Positions 39,001 through 53,400 of a stretch of 64,000 bases of DNA are shown here, in pieces. Both the position numbers and the translations under genes were made by a program. The stretch's first letter is position 1. Each line of letters starts with the position of its first letter. The notes beneath the pieces were generated by a model. The model had not been told where the DNA came from. It was given only the letters and a program-made list of their open reading frames with translations, and did not search any database. The stretch is from Trichinella spiralis. Taxonomy: Eukaryota. The stretch is taken from assembly GCF_000181795.1 (NCBI RefSeq), contig NW_003526943.1, positions 498,487 to 562,486 on the forward strand, read 5' to 3'.

Positions 39001-42000
39001 ATAAACAGAATAACTATCAGACCATAACTTCATAATGGGCAGTTGAAATGCAAGCTGGTACATAAATTAATTTGCATAATCATTTAATTAATATAACTTG
39101 TATACCAACAACTTGTATGTGTGACAAACAAAGTAGAAATTTAATATTTTGTAAATTGCTTATTTGTATGTAAAAAAGCAACAACTAAAAACAGATCTAT
39201 ATCAAAGATAATAATTTCAATCTACAAAACTGTTGTCATATAAAAAGCCAAGAATTGAAGCAATTCCTATCATGGCATGTTAAAGGAAATGGTAAGAATA
39301 TTTAATAAACAGTCTCATAGTATGTTATTTTAAGATCACAGATAGGCTTCAAGCTGTGCAATTTTGTTAACACTAATCACGAGATGTCAATAATTGCCAA
39401 CTGATAGTCGTATTACGGAATACTCATTTCTTATTTGAAGCTAAGAATAGATAAGATATGATGCGATTAAGTGTAAAACCCAAAGCAAAGTGTGAATGCA
39501 TATCATCGGTTGGTAAATTTTTTGATTTTATAATCTCAATTATCCTACGTTAATCTGCTCTCATTCACAAGTAATACAATTAAAATCTACCTTAAGTAAG
39601 CTTGTGTTTCTCATATTCTATGGAAAGGATAATGCTAAACTTTCAATGCTTTTGTCTCTCATAAAGTGAAACATAAAATATAACTGGCGATAAAAATAGA
39701 AATTTTATAAAATGAAAAATTCTGCGATTGCATTTTTATAATAATAAGATAAAAGATTAAATGTAAACACACTCACACGCATATATAGCACTATGATTTC
39801 ATCTAACAGTTGAATGGAAAATACTTAGAAAATTTTAAATATTAAAGAAAACAAATATGTATATAAATAGAGAAAATTTAATTTTTCCAACTTACGTTTA
39901 AATTTCTACACCAAATTTTGGTTGTTCAGTCATAGATAGGTCTGCAGCTGAGCAAAATATTGACTATTTAAAAGTTTCCTGATTTCTTATATCAGCCTGC
40001 ATGAAATTATCCGTAACTTAAGATCAAAGCAAGTACGGGTGATTGTTGTAGTTGAATCAATCAGAATTTTCTCAAGTTTCAACTTTAATTGACCATGGAA
40101 AGTCAAAAGTTATTTAAATTCAATCTCCAATATATCATTTTATTCGTGTTTGCTGGTTTTCTAACTATTCAAATTAAAAAACATTTAAACATCCACAATA
40201 CGTCGTTTGCAAAGCAGCAACGTTATTTTTCTGCTTGCTAAACATTTGATTAAAAGAAAGAAAAGAAAAACAACAATATCAAAATATTTTATCTTTATAA
40301 AATTGAATTATTCAATTCAACAATAGAATTATTATATATGTAAATAATGTCACGATGTAATATTATAATATTAACTATAGTAAATAAGAAATAAGAATAA
40401 AAATTAAAATTAAATGCGCTGCAAAAAAATCAAAAAGTAATTAAAAGTAAAAAATTATGCTGCTTTTTGTTTTTGCTTGATTGATGATTACTGGTTTTTT
40501 AGATATTTTAAAAAAATACACATAATTGTAATCTAAAAATAAATTCGATTAGTGAAAACGTACTCATTTTACAATAAATATTATCCAAAATAGAAATGGA
40601 AGCTATCTGAGTCAAATGATATGACACATCATCACATGTGAAGCTGCTTCATTGTCGAACGATTGCAAATCAAATGCTTCATCTCATCCAATCGATGTTG
40701 TCCAATGCTATGCCACTAATTGCCTCTGACAGTGGCGTCGAGCAAAAACAGCATGCTCAGTTTCATGCATTAACGTTTGTTGGCTTTGTTCTTAATTACA
40801 AAAGATCTTTTTATTTAACTTTTCATTTTCACCATTACCATATTAATAATATATCGCCTTTACAATTGAATATCATTAATCATCACTTTGTTATATTATG
40901 TGTGTTATTCAACTTTTAGCCAACAAAATACACTTTTGCTCTTGTTAAAATTTGACATTATATTAGAATTATTTCACGGCCAAATATTTTGCAAATGCGG
41001 ACTTGTTATTCAAATTAGAAAGATGCAGATTTTAAGAAACGCCCAATTAATTCTTGTTGCTGTTGGTAAATTTACAAAAAGTCGTTTATTTTAATCAACT
41101 AAAGTAAATATGTTGATCATCAAATAAATGCAGATTTTTAAATAATTTCTTCTTTTTTTTGAATCAAATGCAGATCAAATTTCTTACTTACATGATTTCT
41201 GATTTCTTCTTTTTAACATCTTAACCACAATAGGACTTATGAACAAATTTAACCTGTTCTTATTTATTAAATTATTCAACACCATTGTAAGCAATTTGCA
41301 ATTAACAATAAAATTCATTCTGTGTAATAATTATTAATGGACCAACCAAAATGAATTTGTGCAAAATAAAAATTAATTTGAATTCAAATTAAAAACTCTT
41401 AGAAACTGTTTAAAATTTAAAAATTATTACCGCAATAAAGTAATGAAATAAGAAATAATGTTTATTTACAACGAGCATGATTCATGACAAATGAAGCAAA
41501 TTCGAATCATCTGTTGCAAAAATTGTTCACTAAATAAGTTATTTTTTTAAATTCATCACTAATAGGCATACTTTGCCAGTGTTATTATATGTGTCGTTAA
41601 TAAAAGTGATGAATATTAAAAATTGAAATTTCTGTATTTCAGTTTTACATACGTCCATTTTTAGCTGCAATTCAGAAAATTATCATTCAAATAACTTCTC
41701 TAAAGTACAAATTCTAATAAATAATTCTTTTTTTAAACAATTTTAATTGTACATACATTGTCATAAAAGAAAATGAAATGAACATAAATACTGTAGTTTT
41801 AATTGCTACAAAATTTCAGAGTAATGTGTGAATTTCTCGAAATCATAGTAACCTCAGTGAAGTTGAAAAATACTGATGTCAACAAATCAAATGACAGAGC
41901 AAGTCATTCGTAGTAGATGAATAATAGCCTATAATTTTTCAGTCTAAAAATAGTTTATTTTTCTACTGTAATGGGTTCAAATTTTTTGAAACTTACACTT

Positions 42001-43076
42001 CCATCAATACAGTAGTACTTTGAATTTTTGTAAAAGATAAGTAGAGCAATAAAAGAAAAATTAAGAAATTTTGCAATTGCCACGTTGTTTGCTTGTGAAT
42101 AAAAATTCATGTCAAAATTATAAATTTAAATAATAAGCATTTGCAATACTTACACATTGAATTTTACAAATTCCGTTTATATGTCTTTGTACGTGTGTGC
42201 AGAAACTCTGTGATGAAACCAATTTAAAGAAATAAGCACAGCGCATTGAAGAAACCGCTTCCTTACTGAACTGCAATTATTTTGCTGGTCGATATTTGCT
42301 ATTTAATCATCCCCCAAAGTGTACCATCGAATTTCTCGTTTACTTTGATATATCAGAAAACAGAAAACAATCCTACGTCACATTATGTAATTATTTTAAA
42401 AAATACATGTAGAAAATTTGCTAATGTACGTTATTCACCAAAAAAAATGCTATGCCCTTACTAAAAGTTACTTTTTAATTTTTTCAATTTTCGACATCTC
42501 AAAACATGCACAAAGAAGGTATCGTCATTACTTCACATTTTAAATTATGTTAATTTCGTTTCAGATCAAGTTCATTTATTTAAAAAGTAATGCATACTTA
42601 CAAAATTTGTGATACAAATTGCTAATTAACTTTTTAAATAATATCATCGTTTCTATTTTTATCATTAAAAAAAATTTTCACTGCGATTGTATCAACAAAT
42701 GACTGTTTTTCGAAATTAACGAGTTCAGTTTAATTTCATATATATAATTACATTTCAGAAATTGAATTTAATATTTTTATATTGATTCACTTTGAAAATA
42801 CAATTGCACAGTTATGTGCGTAAGAATCACATTTGAAATATTTATATAATGTAAACCCGATTTTTCTCATCAACATGAATTACTGAAATAAGACACATCA
42901 GAAACGTAAGGCGTCTAGCGCCTATACAGTTACATTGCTTTACGTTTACGCAATCAATAAATACATAGAAATTATGAGCCTGAAAATAAGGCAGAAAAAG
43001 TTATTTCTTCATCGCACACAACATTCACACCATTCTATTCTACAGCTTCCCTAACATTCTGAATAATTTGTAAAAT

Positions 43077-45422
43077 TCACTCATTGGACATTGACGCATT
43101 TGAATCGAACACACTGCAAACATATGCGCCAACATCTACTGCTTCCCGTTCATATTTTGTAATAAATTTCGTCTCCTAAAATGTGAACAATGCGCAAATC
43201 GCACTTTAATTTCACTTTTCATTTACCAAAAGTTGCTTATATTTTGGTCGTTGTTCTTCATCTTTCATCAGGCAGCAATTGACAAAGTAAATGAAATCCA
43301 TGCTGAAAAATGGATAATCTTTTGGACTAAGCAAAGGCGGGTCACCATCTACAACTTGTTGCAATTGATCAAATACAGAATTCCAAGGAGGATATGGAAA
43401 TTGGCCAGTGGCAATTTCAACCTCAAAATTAAAATAAAAACACTGACTACAATATTTCAGCAAATATTTCTTTGAGAAAAAATGGAAATAGGCATACCAA
43501 AGTTATACCCAGACTCCAAACATCAGCGCGTACATCGTAGCCACGTCTGCTTTTGCAAGGGTCGATCCTTTCCGGCTGAAAACAAACTCAATATGAATAG
43601 ATACTAAAGTTTATGAATTGCATTCAACATATAATTACAAAACATTTCTTACTGCCATGTAAGGTTTGCAACCAGCATCCCGTGTTCTAGCAATGGAATC
43701 GACAAGTTTACCGGCAATACCAAAATCACAAAGTTTTATACGACCAGAACGATCCAATAAAATATTGCTTGGTTTGACATCTGCGAAATAAACCAACTGC
43801 TTTTCTATGCTCCAGAAGAGACAAACAAATATTTTAAAAAAGTTCAATAAATATTACCTCGATGAATTATATGAAGCTTGTCTTTCAAGTAACTTAATGC
43901 TTTAACAGTCTAGAAAATTCGTATTTTTCAAGTTCAAACAAATTAACTTTCAATAATCTAAAATTGCATATAAATGGAAGCGGTGAAACACTACACATTT
44001 AAATAAAAAATACTGCCATCAATATTCCAGAAGTTTTTAAATTCAAACCTCTAATAAACGGAAATTTTCAAGAAAAAATTAATTTTTCACTTACAGCAAC
44101 AGCTATTTTTCCTATGATTGGTTCAGGAAGCCTCTGCCTTGCATTTTCATATACCATCTTGTAAAAACGTTCTAATGATGTATCCATCAGCTCCATGCAA
44201 ATCCAACAATCTCCCTTTAAAATATAATGAATAAATTAATAAAAAATTAATGCACAATTAATTTTTAAAAACTACCTCTCTAAAAATAGCTCCATAAAAC
44301 TGAACAATATAAGGGCACTCGTCTGATCGCATGATGACATCTAAATCCATCAGCAGTTGTTTTTGTTCTTTATCATCGATCGTAGAATGCATACGCTAAA
44401 AGTTTTGGTATTTTCAATGAGCAATAATTTATTCAAAACCGAAAGTTTTATTTACATAAAAGATCATTTAACTTCACATTGAAAATAACATATTAAATGT
44501 GATGCGTTTTCAATATTATCCAACAATCTAAACAGGGACTAAATAATAGAAAAATCAACTGTCATTCATTGTAATTATGAAAACCTTAATCCCTTAATCC
44601 CGAAAAATATTCCGCCTTAATTATTTACATTATTATAAACGTTAACAACACTACTTGCGTTGCAGTATTAGAGCCTGAATATTTTTTTATAAAATACAGT
44701 ATACTGCATCGGAAGCTTCAGAAGAAACTGAATAGCTCGTGAAGATTAAGAGTAACAATAAAATTCTAATGAAATACTGTTATGTGAAACGAATTGTTTT
44801 CACTGCAATAATAACTTGTCATGACTGCAGTGAAGTAATTAAACCAAGCATGAAGCAAATTAATATTAAACTTTCCGTACTTTAACATTTACAAGTTTTC
44901 CAGTTGAAACACTGATGATTTGTGATGATTGATGTTTAAAAATCGAAACAAAGTAAACAGTTTTACATTATGCTGTACTTTTTATCGATAAAATTATTTG
45001 AGATGTTCATTCACATTAAATCAAAATATTACATTAAAAATTGCTTTCATACTAGGAAAACATACTTTTACTGCCATAACGGTATTTGATATCTGATGAC
45101 GCATTTTGTAAACGACACCAAAACTACCTTGACCAATTTCTCCAAGATCTTCCAAATCGTCGGCAGTGAATTCAAAAGTTTTTTCAGGGCTGATTTTTAA
45201 AATTCCAGATGATTGAGATCTTATAATATCCCTTAAAACATAATTTTATCTTTGAATGCAATCAGTACAACCGAGTTACAGTTGTGGCACACTGTTGACA
45301 GCTGGCCAAGTGTAGCCACCAGATTTGGCAAGGTCCATTGTAGAATCGGATCCTTGTTGTTGACATTTTCGAGTGCTAACTTGAGAAAAATCCAAATTTT
45401 TCAATAATGGTCTCCTCGACAT
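43077..45422 (-). CDS. MKK4: MAP kinase kinase of the MKK4/SEK1 type, multi-exon
   Basis: FTADDLEDLGEIGQGSFG, MAVK, EQKQLLMDLDVIMRS, FYGAIFREGDCWICMELM, IIHRDVKPSNILL, CDFGIAGKLVDSIARTRDAGCKPYMAPERIDP, WNSVFDQLQQVVDGDPP. Confidence 0.93.
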
Positions 45423-46489
45423 TACAGTTTTCAACTGAGAGCAAATGAATCACTTTTCAACCTTAATAATGACATTCGTTATATGAACAAGAAACAAAAT
45501 ACTTTACTGTACTCTACTGAATGCTGAAAAAGAAAAATCTTATGAAAATCATACTTTAAGTTACCAACACAAATCAAAAGTTGGTATGCTTTCAATGAAA
45601 CATTTATTGCAAAATGGTCCGCGTAACAAGAATCTTGTAAAACTAGACAATCCCATTTTTTCAATCTTGTTAGCACATAAAAGTCAATTCAACAGACGCT
45701 AGTTAAACTACAGTTAATAAATGTAATTTTCCCCACTAATTTACAGATTCATTTGCTTTTACAACTTAATAAAAAATATATGCTTATATCAATTTCATTC
45801 AATCTAACAACTAAAAAGAAAAAATATATATATAACATATAAAACTAACAATTCAAACATTTTCGCCGAATCAAAATTAAAAACTTATTTATAACTGCTA
45901 CACATATTTAATTAGCAAAATAAAACTGTGAAAAACTGCATTACGTGTCTAAAAAAGTAAACTACTTTCATTTATTCCTGTCTTTATTGGGATCTTAATT
46001 TTAAACCAATATCAGATAAAAGTAAAAATACTATACTAAATTAACTGTTTTTTTAGTATACATATTACTATAATTCAACGTTAAAATATGCCAGCACCTT
46101 TGTAAAAATATCATTATGGGTAATTATTATGCTGTCATCATCTAAATCTTTACTTACTTTTCCCTACACTTTTTTATTTACAAAAGTTGAACTGCCAATT
46201 AATATCTAGTATCCTACGGTCAATTTCAATATTTTCAAAAGAAATGCACATTTCACGAAAAATTCTACTTCTTATTGGCAATTGAGCAAGCATACCTTTC
46301 TCATAATTTTGATAAAATAAAATGTTTCGTGTACAGATAAACAATAACCATTTATCACGCGTACCGACAAACACTGGGTACAATACTATGCAGTCAGGTA
46401 CAATACTATTTAATAATACTGTGAGATGTGGCAAATTAAATGCTTCAGTGTTATTTTGAAAATGCTATTTAAGTTAAGTTCAATGTTCC

Positions 46490-47148
46490 AAATCGTATCG
46501 AGAGCATATGGGATTGATTGTTGATCGTGAGACTCTGAATGTGATGGATGATCAGGCGTTACGTCGGCTCACGTACATTGCCATTCAGGTAGCAAAACGT
46601 CATGAACCGACCTTGAACAACCTTAAATATACCATCCTGCTTTACAAGGCTTATTTTGACAAACTAATCAAAAAGTACTTCCCAGTTGAGATTGGAAACC
46701 CACGGGGTCTGCAAGGATAGCTTATATGGACCGCTCACTGCAAGATCGGATACGAAAGGATATCTGTTGCACATGGCCGAAGATGCAAACTCGAAAGTAC
46801 TTTCCGTTGCGATCACAGACATGGAGGTTGAGTATCAAAAAGAAAAGAGTGTCATCAGTAGAGCCATCCTAGACTAAATTAGCCATATCCGAAGAAATTC
46901 TCCAAAGATCGACGGGCAAGCAAATGTAAAGGAGACTGTCTTGTCAACTGATCAGGTCGATGATATAATCTGATTTGGATGGATAGAAAGAAAAATTTCT
47001 CAAGTGGTGATCGACACAATGAGTGATTATCCTGTCATCTTTTTACGTCCTGAACCCTTAAGTTATTACAGAACCAACAACCATACTACCGTAATTCTTT
47101 TTCGATCTTCAAGTATCCATCTGTTTACGGTAGTTTTTCCATTAGGTC
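46490..47148 (+). pseudogene. Degraded intronless coding-like segment of unknown origin
   Basis: Locally GC-richer than its flanks. ORF 46508-46720 overlaps a second frame starting at 46686 that continues to the MITE with two in-frame stops (46875-46877 and 46971-46973). No family recognised. Confidence 0.4.
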
Positions 47149-47156
47149 GTCTAGAC

Positions 47157-47444
47157 CAGAGATGCGCAAACTGCGACCGAGCAGCCGAAAATGTCCAGCC
47201 GTGGATAAGCAATGCTAAATTGAATAAATTTTCGGCAACAAAATATTTCTTGTTATGCACCTCATTCCATGCTTTTGGAATTGGCCTAAACCCGGTCGTA
47301 GTAGATTTTCAAATTATATTAGACATAGGTAGATTTTCAAGCAAAATGGATATCAATGGACAGCGTGGTTGGGCTTACTTGCGGCCATTATGATATTAAG
47401 GATGCTGAATGCGCCTCCAGTACTCAGAAAGTTGCGCAGCCCTG
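47157..47444. mobile_element. Non-autonomous hAT (Charlie/MER1-like) MITE, 288 bp
   Basis: Identical 8-bp flanks GTCTAGAC at 47149-47156 and 47445-47452. The left end CAGAGATGCGCAAACT matches the reverse complement of the right end, CAGGGCTGCGCAACTT, at 11 of the first 13 bases. Confidence 0.85.
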
Positions 47445-50400
47445 GTCTAGACAAATACAGTTGTTAGACGTCGGTCAGCGTTCGTTACACATTTATGTAT
47501 TGTTGTTTTAAGTTGTCAATTGGTCCGTATACATTTTTTGCGTCACTGGATTGAACATTAAAGCTTCGTTTCAGTATTTAATTTTTTTCAAAATTTCAAA
47601 TATCAAAAGCAATGTTTTAACTTAATCAGGATGTACATCAAAAAATTCATGTAAATAAATATTCAGTATTTGTAAGTATTCTGCAAACATCGCAAACATA
47701 TTTGATGTAGTAAACATTTTATTGTTTATTTCTTATGAAATTTGTAATTTAATGATTAGAACAATGCTTTAAAATTTTATTTTCGACTTTTAAATTTACT
47801 GTCGTCACAATATGTAAAGATTTACAGAATATTTACAGAATAAATATTACGCTTAAAGGCATTGAAAAATTAAAAGGGACATGCATTTTCAGTTCTCATT
47901 GTTGGGCGTTGTATTCACTTGATTTTTGCTTTATTTCATTCATGTTGCCAAATATGTGGTCACGTTTCAAGACTTCATTTCAAATAACTCATTTCCGTGC
48001 TTTAATTCAAAATTTAAAAATTTGCAATTGGATCTTTAATTGAATCGTGCAACAATCAATAACACTACTCACAATGATCAAGTATCTTAATATAGAAAAT
48101 AGACGTGCCCTCACGAAATCGGTCTTAAACTTTGATATTGATTTTTTACTTTATTTTAACAGTTCAATATCCGATCACACCCTTGATCGTGCACACACCG
48201 CTTTAATAGTGAAATCGCTTCCCAAATACATACTGCACGTTTGGGATTTTGAGACGATGCAGCATTAGATTGAATTGAAAGACGTAAAATTGCACCAGCA
48301 TTATGATGATAGTGATGAAAGTGAAATTTCGACACCCGAATCTCAAGTGAAATGTTCAGTTTTAACTTCTTTCTGGTAGCTTATTTTCCATTTATTAAAA
48401 ATTAAAATTTATGTATTTGTTCAACATGTAAAGTTCCTTTTTTATTGCAGTTAGGATATGAAATTACGAATTGTATAAATTTCTTTAACTGATAAAAAAC
48501 CTATAATAGACATTGGTAAATTTTATTGCAATTTTCTGAAAACAAATTCAACGGTTGGTCAGATAATCAACTCCTTTAATTCGTTGGTGGATATATTCAC
48601 CAATTAAATGTTATCTTTCACAATTGATTACTTCTGTCTGAAATCAAGTCTTATAAAACATTCTTTAAAATTAATCCCACATAAATCGATCAATGCATAA
48701 AACAAATTCTCTACAAAAGAAGGTAACAGTTTTAGTTATTGAACTTAGATGACAGTGTTTTCTAAAAATTCTAAATTGTTATTCAGCATTTCAGTTTTAT
48801 CATTTTGTATGTAAATTTATTCATTCTTTTATCTCATTGTGATAGACATTGATATAAATCTTTTTAATTCTTTTACAACAATTACCTGTATATTAACGTG
48901 CATTGTTTAATACAAGTTTATTGCATGCTACACGTAAAACTTAATTATATTGATTGAAATTTTAAAAATATCAATGTATGCTGCTTTTATTTAAACTACA
49001 CAAATATTGCAATTTTTTTGAAAAAAAACTGAATTAAATATTAATTTTGATCAAAACATTTATAACACGGACGATTTTTTAATGCTAAAGCATTTTCCTG
49101 AAAGTTTAATTAAAGTATAAACCTTATGAGCAAATATTATATTTTTGAATAGTTAACAAGACTAGAAAGATGCCGTTATTACTTATATTCTGCATTGGGG
49201 AGGCAATTTATAAAAATATTTATTAAACAAGAAACCTTACTACTCATACGCTATAACAAAAAAATTAACCTTAGAAATTTAAGCGAAGCACTTTCCTCAT
49301 GTTTTTATAATAATTTCTCATTCTCAAATGATGGTTGTTTTCAAATGGTACATTGTTGAAATTTTTTTCTTTAAATGTGTTTTTTAATTATTCAAATATT
49401 GCTTTTTAGTATGAACTTTTTCAAAAGTGCACCTAATTTAAACATGTTACAGTATTAATAACCTGTGTTTATTTAACTTACCGTATTTGTTCATTTTTTA
49501 TAAAGTGCAGTTATTCGTAAAGTTTGTTGTCAAGATGATGAAGGAGCGAATTTTACGTTTCTACAGCTCCTACTGTTTATTTCATTCTTAAATTTAATAA
49601 TAATAATATTTTTTTCTTTACATGTAAATACGTAATTTTTGACTGATAATTTATTTTGTATTGCTTTTATTTTAATTTCTGGTTGCAACTCTCGATAGAC
49701 TGGGAAATGTTAAATATTTTAATTTAAATAATTTATGCTGATTTCAGAGTCAATTTATGCAGTTATTTTTCTTTTAAGATTAATCTCTTATCTACCACTT
49801 TTCGAAACATTTAAAGTTGAAGCGATATAATTTTTTAAAACTCATTTAAAATATATTTTAGCTTAAAAAGCAATTCAAAAAGTATAATGAAGAAACGAAT
49901 TGCGCTGTGTTCAACAGATGTTTCATACAGATACAGTCTTATGCAGATTGTACTGATAACAGTTGAATATTTTTCAAGAACAACAGCTAGTTCTTGAAAT
50001 TAATGTATGAGTAAAATGAAATGTAAAAAGAAATAAATTTTATTTAAATAAAAAAAGAGATCTGAAAAATAAACATTCTTTGCAGAAAAGAAGAAGAACA
50101 ATAAATTATTTTTCTTTGAAAGTCAAATTTTTAAAAATGAAAAACTGTAAGCATAGCATGTGTGTATGTTATCGTGCTTTTGCAAACGAAACTAACGTCA
50201 CAAAACTGACGTTTTTTGCAATGATATAAAACTGGGACAAAACATTTCTTTTGCTTTCCTTTCTTTTGACTTCTGGCATCCACTTTATCGGATAGTGGTT
50301 CTGTTCCGTCAAAATGAATAATTTCAACATATTCCTTCCCCTTCTGGCAGCTACCACCGCGACACCTGGTGAGCTAAATAGCAGAATCTGACAGTTGGTT

Positions 50401-50460
50401 AACCAGGCAAGCAAGCATTCTGAAGACGGCCAGCTTGTTTAGCTTGCTGAGTATTATTAA

Positions 50461-53400
50461 ATGGCCATGGTGACGCTGACGAGGTTTTTCGCTTGCTTTT
50501 ATTGCCTCTTCTTTTTCATCCTATTTACAGTGATTCGTCTGAAAGTGAGACTTCCGGTGGTGGATACATTGTTTAAGTCAACGAAAAAAATTTCAAATGT
50601 GAAATATGAAATTTCACCATTGACCCATTCCAAGTTGAAAGAGGAAATTTTTCACCAGATAACAACAAAACCCAAACGAATCCGACCAACGACGCTGGTG
50701 ATTTTGTTGGAAAGATCTGCAACACTGCTCGACGAACCTGGCAATAAAAAAATCATGGCATCCTGCTTGGTGAACAACTGCGAACTAACCAACCATCTGG
50801 ACCCTGGAGTTGTACCGGATGCGGTTATTTTTCATGACAATCCTCCAATTTTGAGTCGAACAAGTGAACAGATTTGGATTTTTTACAGTTTAGAATCGCC
50901 ATTGAATACAAGAAGCTTTTATTATTTGAACGACATGGTCAACTGGACCGCCACGTACAGGTTGGATTCGGATCTTCCAAACCCGTACGGCTTGTACGGC
51001 CAGATTCCGACCGATTCGTCTAGTCAGATCGACCCCGATCTGGCCCAACTGTTAGCTGGCAAAACGCGCCTGCTTGCTTGGCTCGTCTCCAACTGTTACA
51101 CGATGAACCACCGTGAAGCTTATGTCCACGAATTGGCCAAACACGTTCAAGTGGACGTGTATGGAACTTGCAGCGGCAGGCCATGCCCGTGGCAAGGGCT
51201 CAGCAGAAATTGTTCTTCAATGTTGAGAAACGATTACAAATTTTACCTCGCATTTGAAAATTCCAACTGCCGACACTACATTACCGAAAAGTTGTTTATC
51301 AATGCACTACAGTACGTTTTTCAACTTATATACTTTTTATGCAGTTATTTCATATAAATGGGTAATTTTTTTGTTTTTTAATAATTCTTATCTGCTTATT
51401 GATTCTGTTGTTGACCGTTGTGCATTTCTTAAACTTTTAAATTTTATATATACATTTGTTTTAGAATTTATTCGTCATGCCTGTTGAATCATGCAGTTAC
51501 ATTATACAGCATGTCGTACTGTATCAAGTTATTATTTTAAACTTTAATTATTTTTTGTCAAGTATTTTTTTGAAATTCATTTTTTTAATGTACTCAGTTT
51601 TATTATTTTTATAAAATTAATGTTTTGTACACAATTTTTAATTTTTATGTAAGTTTTTATATTATATATATAAAATATGAATTTCAAGAAATGTATAATT
51701 TTACTTTTTATCTTCTTTTCTGGTTTTAGTTTTTTCATTTTTCTACTTCAGATTGCTTCGAAAAATTTTTCAGTGTTGACATAAAATTTAAAAATATTTT
51801 ACGCTTCTAGCCACTAACCAGCCGTATGTCAGTCATTTGAGCTTTTCATTTGAATTTCTTTAATTTTTTAATGATGGAATAAATTTCACTAATAGTTCAA
51901 TTGGTTAATGTGAAGTGCTGCTATTCGAATTAAAATGACCACTTCAATGTTATGTTTGATCGAAATTTGTGCATTTTATTTTTGATTTTAATATTACATA
52001 AATTATTTATTGATTTCATCTAAAATATTCCAAAATTGATTTTTAAAATTGATAAATGATTTACAAGCTGCGAGCAGTTTTGTGTAATTGAATAATGAAT
52101 AATGGAATGGATATAAGTAAGAATGAAATGTTGAAAATGAAAACAGTTTATTACTGATTTATTGCTATTTTACGATTCAAGTCAGTTTCCGTCATCTTTT
52201 CAACTCTCAGTCAGCTGACTATTTTGACAGGTTGAATCTTCGAATTTTATTTTATACAATTTGTGTTTCTGAAGCTAAAAGAAATTAGTTGCCGTTGATT
52301 CAGAAAGCATTGCCGAAATGTGTCATGCATTGCAAATGGAAAAGCTGAAATTTATGATAAAATTAGTTTTCACTGCGATGATTTTATATTTTATTTGTTG
52401 AAAATTTTAAAATAATTGGACAACACTGAAACAGTCATTTATTTCATACACTAGAGAAAAGAGAATTGAGCATTTTTGACAAAGCAGAAAATTTTTAAAA
52501 AAAAGTAATAAGCAAAATGAACTTTATTCAAGTTTAAATTTTTAAAATAGCTCAGAATAAGAAATTGAGCTTTTTTAAATCTTTAATCTCGATTTGTGAA
52601 ACAATGGATAAGAAAAATATATACCAAGAGATTACTGGTAAAGATGTACAATAGAAATAGATTGAAGAATTGAATTGCTCATTATCATTGTCAGTTGCAG
52701 AATAGCTTTGCTGGTTGTGAAGCTTTTGATTACGATTTGCAAAGTTTTATCATGAGTGGACAATATTTTCAGACTTGATGGAAATAAATTTATCTGATGA
52801 AAATAGATGACCATTTGCTGCAAGTTATTTTTAGTTGAATACTTGGATCAAGATTTGTGAAGTGTTGAAGTAATTGTCACATTGTAGCATCACTTAATAT
52901 TTTTCCGTTTGGTCAATCATCATTTATGGATTGTTTGAGAAAATGGCTGCTAGTGTTATCTTTTCTCGTATATTTATTTTAAATTGAATTCAAATTTCGA
53001 CATGCTATCAGTTTCATCGTTGATGGATAATCAAATTATTTGCATGCACAGAGAAATCTCTCTTGATCTGAGTGATTTTAATAATATTCGCGAGATACTA
53101 ATTTGCTTATTTTTCAACTTTTCGACCAATAGCATAAATTTAAATTTTACATGGCAATGACAATTGTATCTTTTTTATAAACGCATTGCAAAGATTTGCA
53201 ATAGTTGTTGTTTATTCGTTAAATTGAGTTTTGATTTTCAAATTTACTACTGATGCATTGCCCAGTCTGTAAAAGATATTAATATAGATATTAGCAATGT
53301 AAAATGTAATTTAAGCACACAATTGATGATGAGCAGGTGGTGAAATCGATGATTGTGAAAATGCAGAGCAGTACACTGGTGGGTCTGCGGATCAGAGGTC

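Noticed and set aside
47004..47393. 129-aa ORF as a real gene
   Set aside because: It runs straight through the MITE boundary at 47157, so it is a chimera of flank and element.
48047..48360. Short coding-like patch with an acceptor at ~48161
   Set aside because: Non-ATG ORF start in the track, no family recognised and no convincing exon chain.
49905..49970. Imperfect hairpin upstream of the fucosyltransferase
   Set aside because: It needs several bulges and G-U pairs, which is expected by chance in AT-rich DNA.
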